Shown here: positions 22,846 through 34,887 of the stretch, one piece after another | How the letters are laid out: the number at the start of each line of letters is the position of its first letter | How positions within the stretch are numbered: position 1 is the stretch's first letter | Assembly: GCF_018350175.1 (NCBI RefSeq) | Contig: NC_058368.1 | Span: 143,284,001 to 143,348,000 of the forward strand | Source: Felis catus | Lineage: Eukaryota | Length of the DNA stretch: 64,000 bases | Direction: 5' to 3' | Position numbers and translations under genes: made by a program | The notes under the pieces: model-generated | What the model saw: only the letters and a program-made list of their open reading frames with translations | The model's database searches: none | What the model was told of the DNA's origin: nothing

Positions 22846-24089
22846 AAAACTATTCAAAAAAAATCTATTAATCTTTTAAAAAATTCCCTAATTTATGAGT
22901 GAGACTCCTGGTATTGTTTCCTTAGTAAAGATGGAGGAAAACAAAACAATTCATTTACTTTATTAGGACTGTTTTCCTTTCCAACCCAATTTAGTTTCCC
23001 TTATTCTCTACTTTACCTGTCTGGCTTATTTCAAGGTTCTTTTCTTGCTTTTTCTTGCTTTGTAGTTCCCTACATAACGCTTCTTAAATTCTTATTGACC
23101 ATCATGTATGACTATTATCAGTTGATTTTCAAAGAAAGCTGGAAAATGTTTATAACTACTACTGTGTATAATAGCTTTTATTTACTGGCTGTCTATTGCA
23201 TGTCAAGCACTGTGCTAAACTTGTTATATGTATATTTTTCAGTCAATCCAAAACAACTCTAATGGGGTGGTATTCTGTATTCATTCCAACTTTGTAGAGG
23301 AGGAAATGGGAGCTCAGCAGGAATTTGTTGTTTGCTAAGGTCCAGCTAGATTGGAATTTAGCTCTGCATAATTCCGAACCTTTGCCCTTAAGCCCTATGC
23401 TCTTTTGCCATTAAACTGGAATTAAATCAAGCATTGCTAGAACTATGGGTGACTAAGTTAGGATGTTGATTATCTGCATTCTGGACTCGCTCTGCCACAA
23501 ATGACTACTTGATTGAGGGCAGTTGACTTAACTTACGGGAGTCTGTTTCTTCACCTGTTAGATTCAGTGTACATTACCAGACCTTAATGCCTTTCAGTTC
23601 TATGATTCTGTTTATGTAAATATTCACCAATGCCTATGTGGTCATGGATAGGCACTGGACAAAAGCAAAAATTGTTTAAATATACCTCTATTATAAACTG
23701 AAAGAGAATAGTTTTATATTATTCATAACAATTTCTCTACATAAGAGGAACATGTTTGTTCTTTTACTTTATAGCAAAAAAAATTGAGGTGCTCATTAAG
23801 CAGGACAGCCCCCGTTTTTGAATTAGTTGGCAGTTATGTCTGTAAATGAATGTTTTATTCATTGCCATGAGTGATGGATATACATGCTCACTTCTTGACT
23901 TGAAAATGCAATAGTTGAAAGTGAGTATAACAGAGCATTTATTCTCTTCATTCAGATTGTATTCAGAGTGATCTCATGAAGAAAATTACCAGTGTCAGGG
24001 TCTGAATTTGGCTAAGTCAGATTTATTTCTCCAGATAGTTTTTGTATTTCTAAGCTTTTATTGTTCTATATATACTACTTCAGCCTTTT

Positions 24090-24715
24090 GTTTGTTTGTT
24101 TCCATTTTGTTTCTCTGTCTCTCTCCACCCTGTTCCACCCTGCTGCTTGCCTCAGAAGACTGGAGTTGCAGGCTGCATCTCCATGACTCCTGTGAGCTGG
24201 AATTGGAAAGTGGGAGGTTTCTTCCTTACCCTCCTGCTTTCACACCCCTGCTCTCTGGTAGCTGCACCCTTCCAACCACGTTTTCTTCCAGGTTGGTCTT
24301 CTTCCCCAGCTTCAGCTCTCAATGGGTTCTGCTGTTGCCTTTCTTTGTTTCTTCAGCCCCAGGGGAAAAATGGGTCTCCCTCTGGAGCTGGTTGCTGGGT
24401 GCCTCATCATATTTTGTCTTTTTTTTCTTTTTCGTTTTAATGTTTATTTACTTTGAGAGGAGGGGTGAGAGGTGGAGAGAGGGAGAGAGAGAATCCCAAG
24501 CAGGCTCTGCACTGTCAGCACAGACAGGACTCGAACGCTTGGATCAAACCCATGTTGAGCTGAAATCCAGAGCTGGACACTTAACCGACTGAGCACCCAG
24601 GTGCCCCAACTTTGTCTTTTTTCTTAACCTGGTCTATATATCTTTGCATAGCCTTTTCATTAGAGTCTCTTCATTTGAACCATCTAGGGTGAATTTTGTT
24701 TCTTCCAGAGGACAC
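24090..24715 (+). mobile_element. ERVL LTR (LTR33 family-like), interrupted by a SINE
   Basis: TCTCTCCACCCTGTTCCACCCTGC start and TCTCTTCATTTGAACCATCTAGGGTGAATTTTGTTTC end. Confidence 0.5.
24420..24607 (-). mobile_element. Can-SINE (diverged)
   Basis: T tail, AGAATCCCAAGCAGGCTC body, CCCAGGTGCCCC head. Confidence 0.9.
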
Positions 24716-27149
24716 CATCTCTTACCTAAAACACTTTGAAATGGAATTTAAGTACCTCTTTCTAAAGATGGTATCGATTTCAATCACTGAATGTATATTG
24801 GGTATCTTAATAAACATAGGATTATACTGAGTACTATGAGAGGTACCAGTGGTATTTGTGGCATGATTCTTGCCCTTGACAAGTTTAAACTCTACTTAGA
24901 AGGTTTCTGATCAATATACTAAACGATGTGTAATACAGGACTTTACATCTTAAATTAGGCAGCTCATAGGACTACTCAAGTGACGCAAGATAAAATTATT
25001 ATCGGAAACACTCACCTTCCAGATATGCCACACTTCTTGTATTTTTTAATTTCCTGAACTGGAAAAAAATTTTATTCATTAGACTTATAAAACATGTTAT
25101 TCTGTACTAGAAACTATTTGTGAAATGTTAACCAGCCGTGGAACACTCATTCTGGAAATATCCTGAGTAGGGGAAATGTGTCCAAAGGTACCTGCTGTAT
25201 AAACATCTTGAGGGCCAACAGGTCATCGCTCTGTGGGTAAGAAGAGTTCATTAGCCAAACAAGAAGAATGGTGGGCCACTTGTCATTGATCGGTCTGGAA
25301 CCATCCATCATTCCCGTATACTACATGAGTAAGATCGTGATCAACTTCTTCTGACTCCGAATTTCACTGGGAGCTCCATATGGGCCCAGAGACATGTACT
25401 AAAACCCAACCGTGCTTATCAGTATATTTCCCTATTTGGTTTAGAGAGAAGGCTTGGGGACAGGAGAATGGGAAAAGCATATACTACACTCTGGTGCCTA
25501 ATGTGATTATTGCGATTCAGTAAACAGGTTACTCTTTTTATGAACCTGGATGTCAAAAGTACAAATTTATGTTAGACCCCTGTGGGGTTCTCCATCAGAG
25601 CAGAAAAAGGCTTTAGGTGGGTTTTGGGGTCTTGTTTTCAAATCTGATTAGAACTCAGATAGGCAAGAGAGTAGACAGACTTACAAGAGAGAGAAACAAT
25701 ACGAGGGTAGGCAGGAATGTGGAAATGAGCTAGGTATTACACACAGGATCGTGAAGAAACCTCCTTGATTTGATGACAAAGTACACTTTGAGCAGTACAA
25801 AATAATATTGGACAGATAGGATAGGGACAGATCAACTTTCTGTAATGGAGCTGATGAAAGAGAACAAAGCATGAGAATTTCAAAGTTTTATCAGCTATGT
25901 GATTTGTCTTTAAGTAATGTAATTTGCTTTTAAGTATGGATGCAGCCACTCTGTAGAATCATGGTTGGTTAAAAATTGCTATCATATTCAATAAGCGGGG
26001 CTTGAATTGGACAGGATCTCGTAAGATTTTAGATATGGAAACTGATTCTGAAGTCCTGTGCTAGATGTAGGAAGACAGGAAGTTCAGAAGTGCATTCTTA
26101 GCTAAACAGAGTGTAGGAATAGATCTACTAATGAGGCAACATAAGTGTGCAGCTATGGCAACAATACTATCATTCAAGATTGCTTCCTTTCCCAAAGCAG
26201 GAGACAACATTACAATGATTTCCTCTCTCTACGCAGGAGCCTGCTTCCTACCAGCCAGGTAGGTAATAAGAGAAGCTTCACCATTTTTTGCCAGTCCTTC
26301 CATGATGGGGACTGGGTAAAGTAAAGGTCTTAGGAATAGGAATAATATTGTGTGGGCATAGGAATTCTTAAGGTCTTAGCAAGCACTGTCTTGTTAGTGC
26401 TACATTCTATGGGCTTTTCCTTTGTGTCTTCACCCTCTGTTCTCCCAATTGCAAATGAAGAAAAGTGGCACTGAAACCCATCCACCATTAACAATTGCTG
26501 CTTAAATGTCTTTTAGCACTTGGTTCTGGAGTAGCAATTATTGGAGCACTTAGCTAATAAATGCCTGGTGAGTTTCATCTCTGGATATCAGAAAATTAAA
26601 TAAAAACGCCAGAAAACTGGATAGTAAATTAGCAACACCGGTTATTGAAGTGATATGTAAGTGTCTTTTTTCACATTAAGGTACCAGTATGATATAACAC
26701 TCCTATCATGACAGTGCCTAGACTCCTTGAGTTAGCAGAACAAAGAATTTACACTCCACATAACTATTTCAGGCAGTAAAAATTTCTAAGTCAGCACCAT
26801 TTTTCTCTATAAACCTGTCTTGCATACATCACATTGATGTGAAGTCAGATGAGATAATTACGCGAAGACACTTTGTAAACTGGAGAGCTAGATAATGGTC
26901 AAGGAATCATTATTACTATCATTTGACGAATCAAGAAAGAACGTATTGGAAGGTGACCTGTGGATCAGTATTTTCAAACTCTAGAAAAAGCACTTATCCT
27001 TAAGAACTAAAAGGAATGAATTAAGAATTTTGAAGTATTTATTGCGTTTGATATGTTAATAATAATCTGAAGTGCTAACAAGAATGAATACATTGAAACA
27101 GTATTATTCTATTATTTCTTTTTAATGCTCTATGGTACCATGTTCCAAG

Positions 27150-27660
27150 TATATACAGATACATTTAAAAGGATATTCACTGCGACATTGGTATGGTAAA
27201 AGAAAACAAAACAAACAAAACTAACCTGGAAATAACTCGTGTGTCCATCATTATGGATCTATTTGAGCAAATTATGGTACATTTATATTATAGAATGCTA
27301 TATACATAAAGAAAAGAATGAAATAGACTTTATAAATACTAACATGGAAAGATGTCCAAGAGATATTAAGTGATAAACACAATGTACAAAACAGTATGTA
27401 TGGTATAATTTAGTACATTTATGAGAGCTATATAATTATCAAGGAATTATTGCTCAAGCAATGGAGCCACTCAGGCTCCCCTCTATCAAGGAATTATTGA
27501 AAAAAGTCTTTCTATAAAGTAAACAGGAAACATTATTGAGGAATATTTGCTATTCTTCTATTAACAATGGCTGTCCATATCAGAAGAGTTTATCTACAAT
27601 AATTTTTTAATGTTAGAATTTTTTTATAATAAGCATATGTTTCTCTCATGAGCATAAAAA
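27150..27660 (+). mobile_element. Old L1 (L1M-type) remnant
   Basis: AAATTATGGTACATTTATA and AAAAGAATGAAATAGA..AACATGGAAAGATGTCCAAGA motifs. Confidence 0.6.
27453..27483 (-). mobile_element. Tailless Can-SINE/tRNA 5' fragment
   Basis: Minus strand GGGGAGCCTGAGTGGCTCCATTGCTTGAG resembles the SINE head; 16-bp TSD TATCAAGGAATTATTG at 27437-27452 and 27484-27499. Confidence 0.75.
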
Positions 27661-28503
27661 TCAAGGCTTTTACAGATGGATAAAATGTCTGTGCTTCAAA
27701 CAAAACCTAAACACGTTAATGAGTAGATAGCATTGACTTTCAACCATATATTGAAAAAAATATTGAAGGTTTGAAATTACTTAAGCCAAATAGAACTTAG
27801 TGCAACTTGCTGAGGCTCATTTGGAATTACAAGACTTGAAAGAAATTCCTCAAAATATTGATCCTGCTGCTCTAAGGAACCATGCAATAAGTTCAAAATA
27901 AGGTTCAGAGTCTCCATGGAGCCAAAACAACTGTTCCTGCTAACATAAGCTGAAACAAAGATGAGTTTTATCCTCCTGTAAGATTTTAGCTTTTGTTTGT
28001 GACCAATAAATCAAATGTCCACATGTTTGTTGAATGCATTGTAAGCCCCAGAGAGCAATCAACTAAAATGGTTTGACATAGGTTGAACAAGGTCAACTTG
28101 GACTTACACTAAGAGAAGTAATAGTAATGGCCAAAGTTCGCTTTGCTATTTTCCATCGGAAGCAAAGCACGAAGAGTGTGGACTGTTTGTGAAGGGAGAT
28201 GTTTCAAAGATTCAGCCATTTCCGAGATGAATGATTACTTTTTCTTATTTTCCTTCATTTGTCCATCTCCATGCCTGTTAAATACCTACCTGATGGCTGA
28301 ATAGAGAGAAAACTGTGATGTTATTAAAATTATAATGCTACAGGCTCTTTAGCAGTGCAAAAAACCAAACTTTAGGCAAACACATAAAATAGTAATAAAA
28401 TCTCAATCTGTGAGGATGGTGAGGTTGTAGGTGATTAAAAAAAGTTCCTACTGTTACTGTTTTCAATTTGAGTAAGCCACACATTGAAAAACAAAACATA
28501 TTT

Positions 28504-28729
28504 GGGGCGCCTAGGTGACTCAGTCAGGTCAGCATCCAACTCTTGACGTCAGCTCAGGTCATGATCTCATGGTTCGGGAGTTCGAACTCCATGTCAGGCT
28601 CCATGCCACCAGCACGGAACCTTCTTGGGATTCTCTCTCTCTCCCTCTCTCTCTGCCCCTCCTGTGCACTCTCTCTCCTCTCTCTCTCTCTCTCAAAGTA
28701 AATAAACTTAAAAATATTTTTTAAAAAAA
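28504..28729 (+). mobile_element. Can-SINE
   Basis: Head, B-box, CT tract, AATAAA tail. Confidence 0.93.
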
Positions 28730-29059
28730 TGATTTCACAAAAATTATGGCTTCCTACTTCTCAAAGGATGCACGTGAAGAAAAAAATCATGCAATACTAT
28801 ATTTGTGAGAATAGTTTGGTTCCAGACTGATTCTTCAAAACTAGTTGTAAATGTAGCACAGGAAAGGAATTTGTTCTTTAGGTATCCTGTGATTGTCTAA
28901 TAGTTTCAGCTTGTTCAACAGACTGTTATTATAGGAGAATGTTCACAAAATAAAAAGCCTTTTGGAATCTGAAAGCGAGCTTCCATAAGTTCACTCTGAT
29001 ATTAAATTATATCCCCTTCTGGAAATGTAGGGATTAAAATTAAAAAAAAGAAAAGCTCA

Positions 29060-29195
29060 GGGCTCCTGGGTGGCTCAGTCAGGTAAGTGTTCAACTCTGG
29101 ATCTCAGCTCAGGTCTTGATCTCAGGGTCATGAGTTCAAGCTCTACTTTGGGCTCAAAAAACAATAATAATGATAAAAAAGAAAAGAAAAAGAAA
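29060..29195 (+). mobile_element. Short Can-SINE (tRNA-like part plus A tail, no CT tract)
   Basis: GGGCTCCTGGGTGGCTCAG...GAGTTCAAGC followed by an A-rich tail. Confidence 0.85.
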
Positions 29196-29228
29196 ACCCA
29201 TACACCCTATTAAATATCTGCCACAAAT

Positions 29229-30135
29229 CTATAAAGAACTTATCAACCTCAATACCAAAAAAACAAATAATCCAGTGAAGAAATGGACAAAAGACATGAA
29301 TAGACACTTCTCCAAAAAAGACATCCAGATGGCCAATCGACACACGAAAAAATGCTCGACATCACTCATCATCAGGAAAATACAAATCAAAACCACAATG
29401 AGATACCACCTTAAACCTGTCAGAATGGCTAACATTAACAACTCAGGCAACAACAGACGTTGGCGAGGATGCGGAGAGAGACGATCTCTTTTGCATTGTT
29501 GGTGGGAATGCAAACTGGTGCAGCCACTCTGGAAAACAGTACGGAGGTTCCTCAAAAAACTAAAAATAGAACTACCCTATGACCCAGCAACTGCACTACT
29601 AGGCATTTATCCAAGGGATACAGGTGTGCTGTTTCAAAGGGACATGCACCCCAATGTTTATAGCAGCACCTGCGACAATAGCCAAAGTATGGAAAGAGCC
29701 CAAATGTCCGTAGATGGATGAATGGATAAAGAAGATGTGGTATATATGTACAATGGAGTATTACTCAGCAATTAAAAAGAACGAAGTCTTGCCATTTGCA
29801 ACTACGTGGATGGAACTGGAGGGTATTATGCTAAGTGAAATTAGTCAGAGAAAGACAAATATCATATGACTTTACTCATATGAAGATTTTAAGAGACAAA
29901 ACAGATGAACATAAGGGAAGGGAAACAAAAATAATATAAAAACAGGGAGGAGGACAAAACAGAAGAGACTCATAACTATGGAGAACAAACTGAGGGTTAC
30001 GGGAGGGGTTGTAGGAGGGGGGATGGGCTAAATGGGTAAGGGGCACTAAGGAATCTACTCCTGAAATCATTGCTGCACTACATACTAACTAATTTGGATG
30101 TAAATTAAAAAAAATAAAAATTAAAAATTAAAAAA
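29229..30135 (+). mobile_element. 5'-truncated L1 (ORF2 C-terminal region, 3' UTR, poly(A))
   Basis: ORF 29170-29721 reads [43 protein letters not shown]...[15 protein letters not shown]; frameshift near 29643; same 3' UTR as the copy at 10265. Confidence 0.96.
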
Positions 30136-30145
30136 CATATCTACT

Positions 30146-30356
30146 GGGGTGCCTGGGTGGACCGACTTCGGCTCAGGTCATGATCTCACGGTTTGTGAGT
30201 TCAAGCCCCACGTCGGGCTCTGCGCTGACAGCTGAGTCTGCAGCCTGCTTTGGATTCTGTGTCTCCCTCTCTCTCTGCCCCTCCCCCACTCATGCTCTGT
30301 CTCTCTCTGTCTCTGAAATAAATAAACATAAAAAAATTTTTTTTAATTAAAAAAAG
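30146..30356 (+). mobile_element. Can-SINE with A-box deletion, inserted at the L1 3' target site
   Basis: GGGGTGCCTGGGTGG joined directly to ACCGACTTCGG; rest of body intact. Confidence 0.92.
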
Positions 30357-31082
30357 TATCTACCACAAATTCCTAAAAATTCCTTAGGGAATCTGAGGTC
30401 GTAAAACATTGTAAACACTAAATATATTTATAACACAAATATATGAAGCCATATTTAATAATAATTGTAGAATGGCATAAACTCCAAACCGGGATTCAAA
30501 AATATTTTCAGTGAAAAGAGCTCTTATAATAAACTTAAGAAACTAGTCAGGAGGTAACATAAGCTTAAATTTTGATTGAATTGAAGCTAAACAAATAACA
30601 TGTTCAATAGAACAAATTACATAAATTTGGAAGTTTGATATATTGATAATATTGACTGTTAGGTGAGTTATAACGTAACACGTTAGAGCTATCTTGGTTT
30701 TCAACTAATTTTAATCAAAGATTATGCAACATAATTACTTTGCTTTTATTCTTGTAAAAAACAGATTCAAATGTAAGCTGTTACATAAATGTATTTGCTT
30801 CTAAATGTATAATTGAGCTGCAGCACTGGGCTCTTTATTTCTTTAGCTAAAATCTGGTGTTTGCACATTTGCTAACATTTTATACTATGTACAATGACAT
30901 TCTCTTCATAGAATCATAATGAGAAATTGCAGTATGTGGAACACAAAGTTAAAAAGGATTATTTCTAATAATAATCCTTAAGATACAAATAGTAAAATAG
31001 TAAGAAAAAAATCACATCACAATGATTTCATATAACTCTAAAAAACTTTGATGCAAAAAGATTAACTTCTATCACCTTTCTT

Positions 31083-31300
31083 TTTTTTAATTTTTTAAAA
31101 TTTATTTATTTTGAGAGACAAGAGAGAATAAACATGAGTGGAAGAGAGGCAGAGAAATCGGGAGAGAGAGAATCCCAAGCAGGCTCCACACTGTTATCAT
31201 GGACGCTCGAGGCAGGGCTCAAACTCACGAATGGTGAGATCATGACCTCAGTCTACACCAAGAGTCAGATGCTTAACTGACTGAGCCACCCAGGTGCCCC
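31083..31300 (-). mobile_element. Can-SINE
   Basis: TSD TAACTTCTATCA(C/T)CTTTCTT on both flanks. Confidence 0.94.
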
Positions 31301-31454
31301 TAACTTCTATCATCTTTCTTATTCTTTATCTGCAAAATAAACGTAATTATTTTAAAGAAACTGATAACTTAAAAGTTCTGAAGAGTGTAAATTGCCTTAG
31401 TACTCAAATAAATTATTGTGAATAACTTTTAACTTTTAAAAAGTGATTTGTTTG

Positions 31455-31563
31455 GGTTTTTTTTCATTTATTTAAGAAATCTCTACAGCCCATGTGGGGC
31501 TCAAACTCATGACCCTGAGATCAACAGTTGCATACTCTTCTGGCTAAGTCAGCCAGGTGCCCC
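31455..31563 (-). mobile_element. Short older carnivoran tRNA-derived SINE
   Basis: AATCTCTACAGCCCATGTGGGGCTCAAACTC...CAGCCAGGTGCCCC; no CT tract. Confidence 0.85.
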
Positions 31564-31669
31564 ATGTAAAAAATTTTGATGAAACAAAATAGACTTTTAA
31601 ATCTACATATTTAGAATTCCTTTGCAAAAATTTGTCAAAAATTAAAAGCAACTCTTAATTTGTAAACAG

Positions 31670-31945
31670 GTGGAATAGGGAAATAAAGGCATACAGACTG
31701 TGGTGCCAGACAGCCGAAGTTTGATCTCAGGCTCTGTTTCTTCCTTGCTGTGCGATCTTGGGCGTGTTATTCAGCCTTAGTTGAGAAACTGCCCTTCAGT
31801 TTCCTTCTCTGTAAAATGGGATGGTAACAATAGCAGTACTTCCTTCGTAAGGTTGCTGTTAAAAGTAAATGAGTTAATAAAAGTAAAACATTCAGAACCG
31901 TGGCACTTGGTAAGTGCCACATGGGCATTAGATGTTTTTATTATA
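31670..31945 (+). mobile_element. MIR
   Basis: GCTGTGCGATCTTGGGC..TCAGTTTCCTTCTCTGTAAAATGGGATGGTAA..AAATGAGTTAAT. Confidence 0.85.
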
Positions 31946-32393
31946 GTACCTTTCTTTTCAATCCTAAATTATAAAGCAAATGGTACTTTCCGTTGTAGTT
32001 GATGGTTGGTTCAAAACTAACCTCATTTTCTGTCTTATGGGGCTGAGTTTTCATTGAGAAATTTCCCAGGATGGAAATCCCAGGACTGTCACGTTGGTCT
32101 CTGGCCAATGATTCCAAACACGCTGAGTTGAATCCACCCTGCAGGAAATGTGGTGAATGAGTCAGCTGGGAGGTAACCCACCTGTTTGCTGCTGGCTGAA
32201 CAAATACTGAAATATTGTTTCATAAAGTTGCTTGGTACTGGAGGGCAAGTTTTCCAACACAGGATGTAACCTTCAAGCCACTTAAACTTTCATGTCATTT
32301 TTTTTCTAGAAAGATGGAAGATTAACAAAACCATGGTAAAGTCATTTAGCAATGCATAAGCTTATCAAAATGAAATAAAGAAGCAAAAGCAAT

Positions 32394-32619
32394 GGGTGCC
32401 TGCGTGGCTCAGTCAGTTAAGTATCTCAGTTCAGCTCAGGTCATGATCTCACGGTTCATGAGTTTGTGCCCCGCGTCAGGCTCTGTGCTGACAGCTCGGA
32501 GCCTGAAGCCTGCTTCAGATTCTGTGTCTCCCTCTCTCTCTACCCCTCCCTCACTGATGCTCTCTTTCTCTGTGTCTCAAAAGTAAATAAACACTAAAAA
32601 AAAAAAAAAAAAAAAAAAA
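32394..32619 (+). mobile_element. Can-SINE
   Basis: Full body, long A tail, flanking AAGCAAAAGC. Confidence 0.93.
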
Positions 32620-33140
32620 GCAAAAGCCACAAAGAAACAAAACTCCATTTCTGAAGACTCTACCTATCAAGTAATAAAAGCAAAATGTCTGGCAGGATTC
32701 CTGGGATGACTCCTCACCATTGTGTCCAGCTGCCCTTCTGCCATCTTGAGGCATTAATAATAGAGGACCAGGTGACAGAGTCGTATTTGCCGTGAAATGC
32801 TTTAGAGTCGCACTGATTTATGTGTGCACAATTGGATGTATACCGCACATATTTCCATAAACATGGTGGACTGGGTGAGTCACCTACCACCAGTTGTGGG
32901 AACAGTATTCTGGTAGTTCCTCTCCTTCTTCTTGATTCCTGTTTTCAGAATAGGATTCCTAGTTTCAGAATAAGAATAGTAGTTAAGATTAATTTAGAAT
33001 TTAATATGTGATACTGTACTAAAAATTTTTCATATATTGTCTAATTTCATCTTTAATCCCATGTGGTAAGTACTATTATTGTGCACATTTTATAGAAGAG
33101 GAAACTAAGGTATCAACTATGCCATGGCCTTATAATTTTT

Positions 33141-33323
33141 TTTAAATGTGTATTTCTTCTGAGAAAGAGAGAAAGAGAGAGAGAGAGGGAGAGAGGGAGA
33201 GTAGTGGAGGGGCAGAAAGAGGGGGAGAAACCCAAGTGGGGCTTGAACTCACAAACCATGAGATCATGATCTGAGCCGAAGTCAAGAGCCAGATACTCAA
33301 CTGACTGAGCCACCACGTGCCCC
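33141..33323 (-). mobile_element. Can-SINE with internal deletion
   Basis: Head and GA tract present, middle missing; TSD CCTTATAATTTTT. Confidence 0.9.
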
Positions 33324-34341
33324 AACTCCTTATAATTTTTAAAAGGAGGATCTGGGGCTCATACCAAGGCCCATAGCTTTTGCCCTGCACTGCAGTCATC
33401 TCCAGACTCTGGAAGGAAGGAAGTGTTTCTCTGTACTAAGGGACAGGAGAGATGCGAATGTATCTGAAAGTAAACACAAGTCTTATGCAAATGTTTTGAA
33501 AAAAATGCATCCATTTTCCATACCTGCCCACTTCCATTTCTGTACCTTTCTCCTACACTGTTATATTTCTCCTGTGATCTGGAGTACAAATTTAATAAAG
33601 TTATTTCTGGAATAAAATTTGCTAATACCAAATAAAACTTGATTATCTAATCACGTCACAGTTCCCTACCCCTAATTTTCCATGGGTATTATGCCAGTTC
33701 CATTTCCTCACACCGCAGTGTGCTCTGGTTGCCCGTCACGGACCCTGTTGCTAGTTAGCAGAGAGAGGAGACCGTTCTGCTGCCCTGAATGAGCCCTAAC
33801 GCAAGTTCTTTCTGTGCTCTGTCATTGCTCAGCAATGGCCTTCTCAGATCAGCTTCAAAATCTCTCGAGAATATAACCCAGATGTCCTGAAAGGTTCTGT
33901 GCCAAATGCATCAGGCTTTAGGCTTGGCCCTATTATTAAAATATAGATTTTAATGAATGAATTATCTAAAATTCTGGTTTCTAAACGCTTTTTTTGAAGT
34001 TATGGTGACAACCAACATGGTCTTAAGTTCATATTTATACATGGGTTCTTAGAAGCAGACTCCAGGAACAAAATGACTACAGTATAGTCTGGTTTGCAAA
34101 CCAACATGTTTGATTGTCATGTAACATTAGTGCTAATCCAATGCTTTTACTCTAGAGGTGAGGAAATGGAAATTCCAAGAAGCTAGGAAATATTCTAAAG
34201 TTACACAATTGATTAATGCTTGTGTGGAATTAGAACCCAGGTCTTCTTATCATATCTCTTCTGGTGAACAAACAACAAGGCCAAGGGCAGTATGATGTGA
34301 TGGAAGGAGCACTTGGTTAGAGATAAAGAGAAAGAGGTTCA

Positions 34342-34533
34342 AGGTGCCTAGGGGGCTCAGTCAGTTAAGTGTCTGACTTTGGCTCGTGTCATGATCTCAT
34401 GGTTTGTGAGTTCGAGCTCTACATCAGGCCTCTGCTCTCAGCACAGAGCCTACTTCAGATCCTGTCTCCCTCTCTCTCTGCCCCTCCCCTGTTTGCATGC
34501 GCATGCTCACTCTCTTTCTCTCAGAAAAAAAAA
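34342..34533 (+). mobile_element. Can-SINE
   Basis: GGTGCCTAGGGGGCTCAGTCAGTTAAG head, CT tract, A tail. Confidence 0.9.
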
Positions 34534-34556
34534 GCTAGATTCAATTTCAAATTCTT

Positions 34557-34790
34557 TTTTTTTTAATTTAAAATAGTTTTTTTATGTGTATTTATTCTTG
34601 AGAGACACAGAGAGAGAGACAGAACACCAGCAGGGGAGGGGCAGAGAGAGAGGGAGACACAGAATCCAAAGCAGGCTCCAGGCTCTGAGCTGTCAGCATA
34701 GAGCCTGACAAGGGCTCAAACTCACGTACTGTGAGATCATGACCTGAGCCAAAGTCAGACGCTTAACCTACTGAGCCACCCAGGCACCCC
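34557..34790 (-). mobile_element. Can-SINE
   Basis: Full body; degenerate TSD AAT.TC.AATTCTT. Confidence 0.93.
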
Positions 34791-34887
34791 AATGTCTAAT
34801 TCTTCCATTAACCATGTGACTTTAGATTAGACTCTTACCCTCTTTGGATCATTTTCTTCAACTATAAACTGATGGATTTGACTTAGA

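Noticed and set aside
24008..24592. 194-aa hydrophobic ORF as a membrane protein
   Set aside because: Non-ATG start; runs through a T-rich decayed LTR and an antisense SINE, so the hydrophobicity reflects base composition.
29170..29721. 183-aa ORF and its antisense ORFs as host genes
   Set aside because: 5'-truncated, frameshifted L1 ORF2; cannot encode a functional reverse transcriptase.
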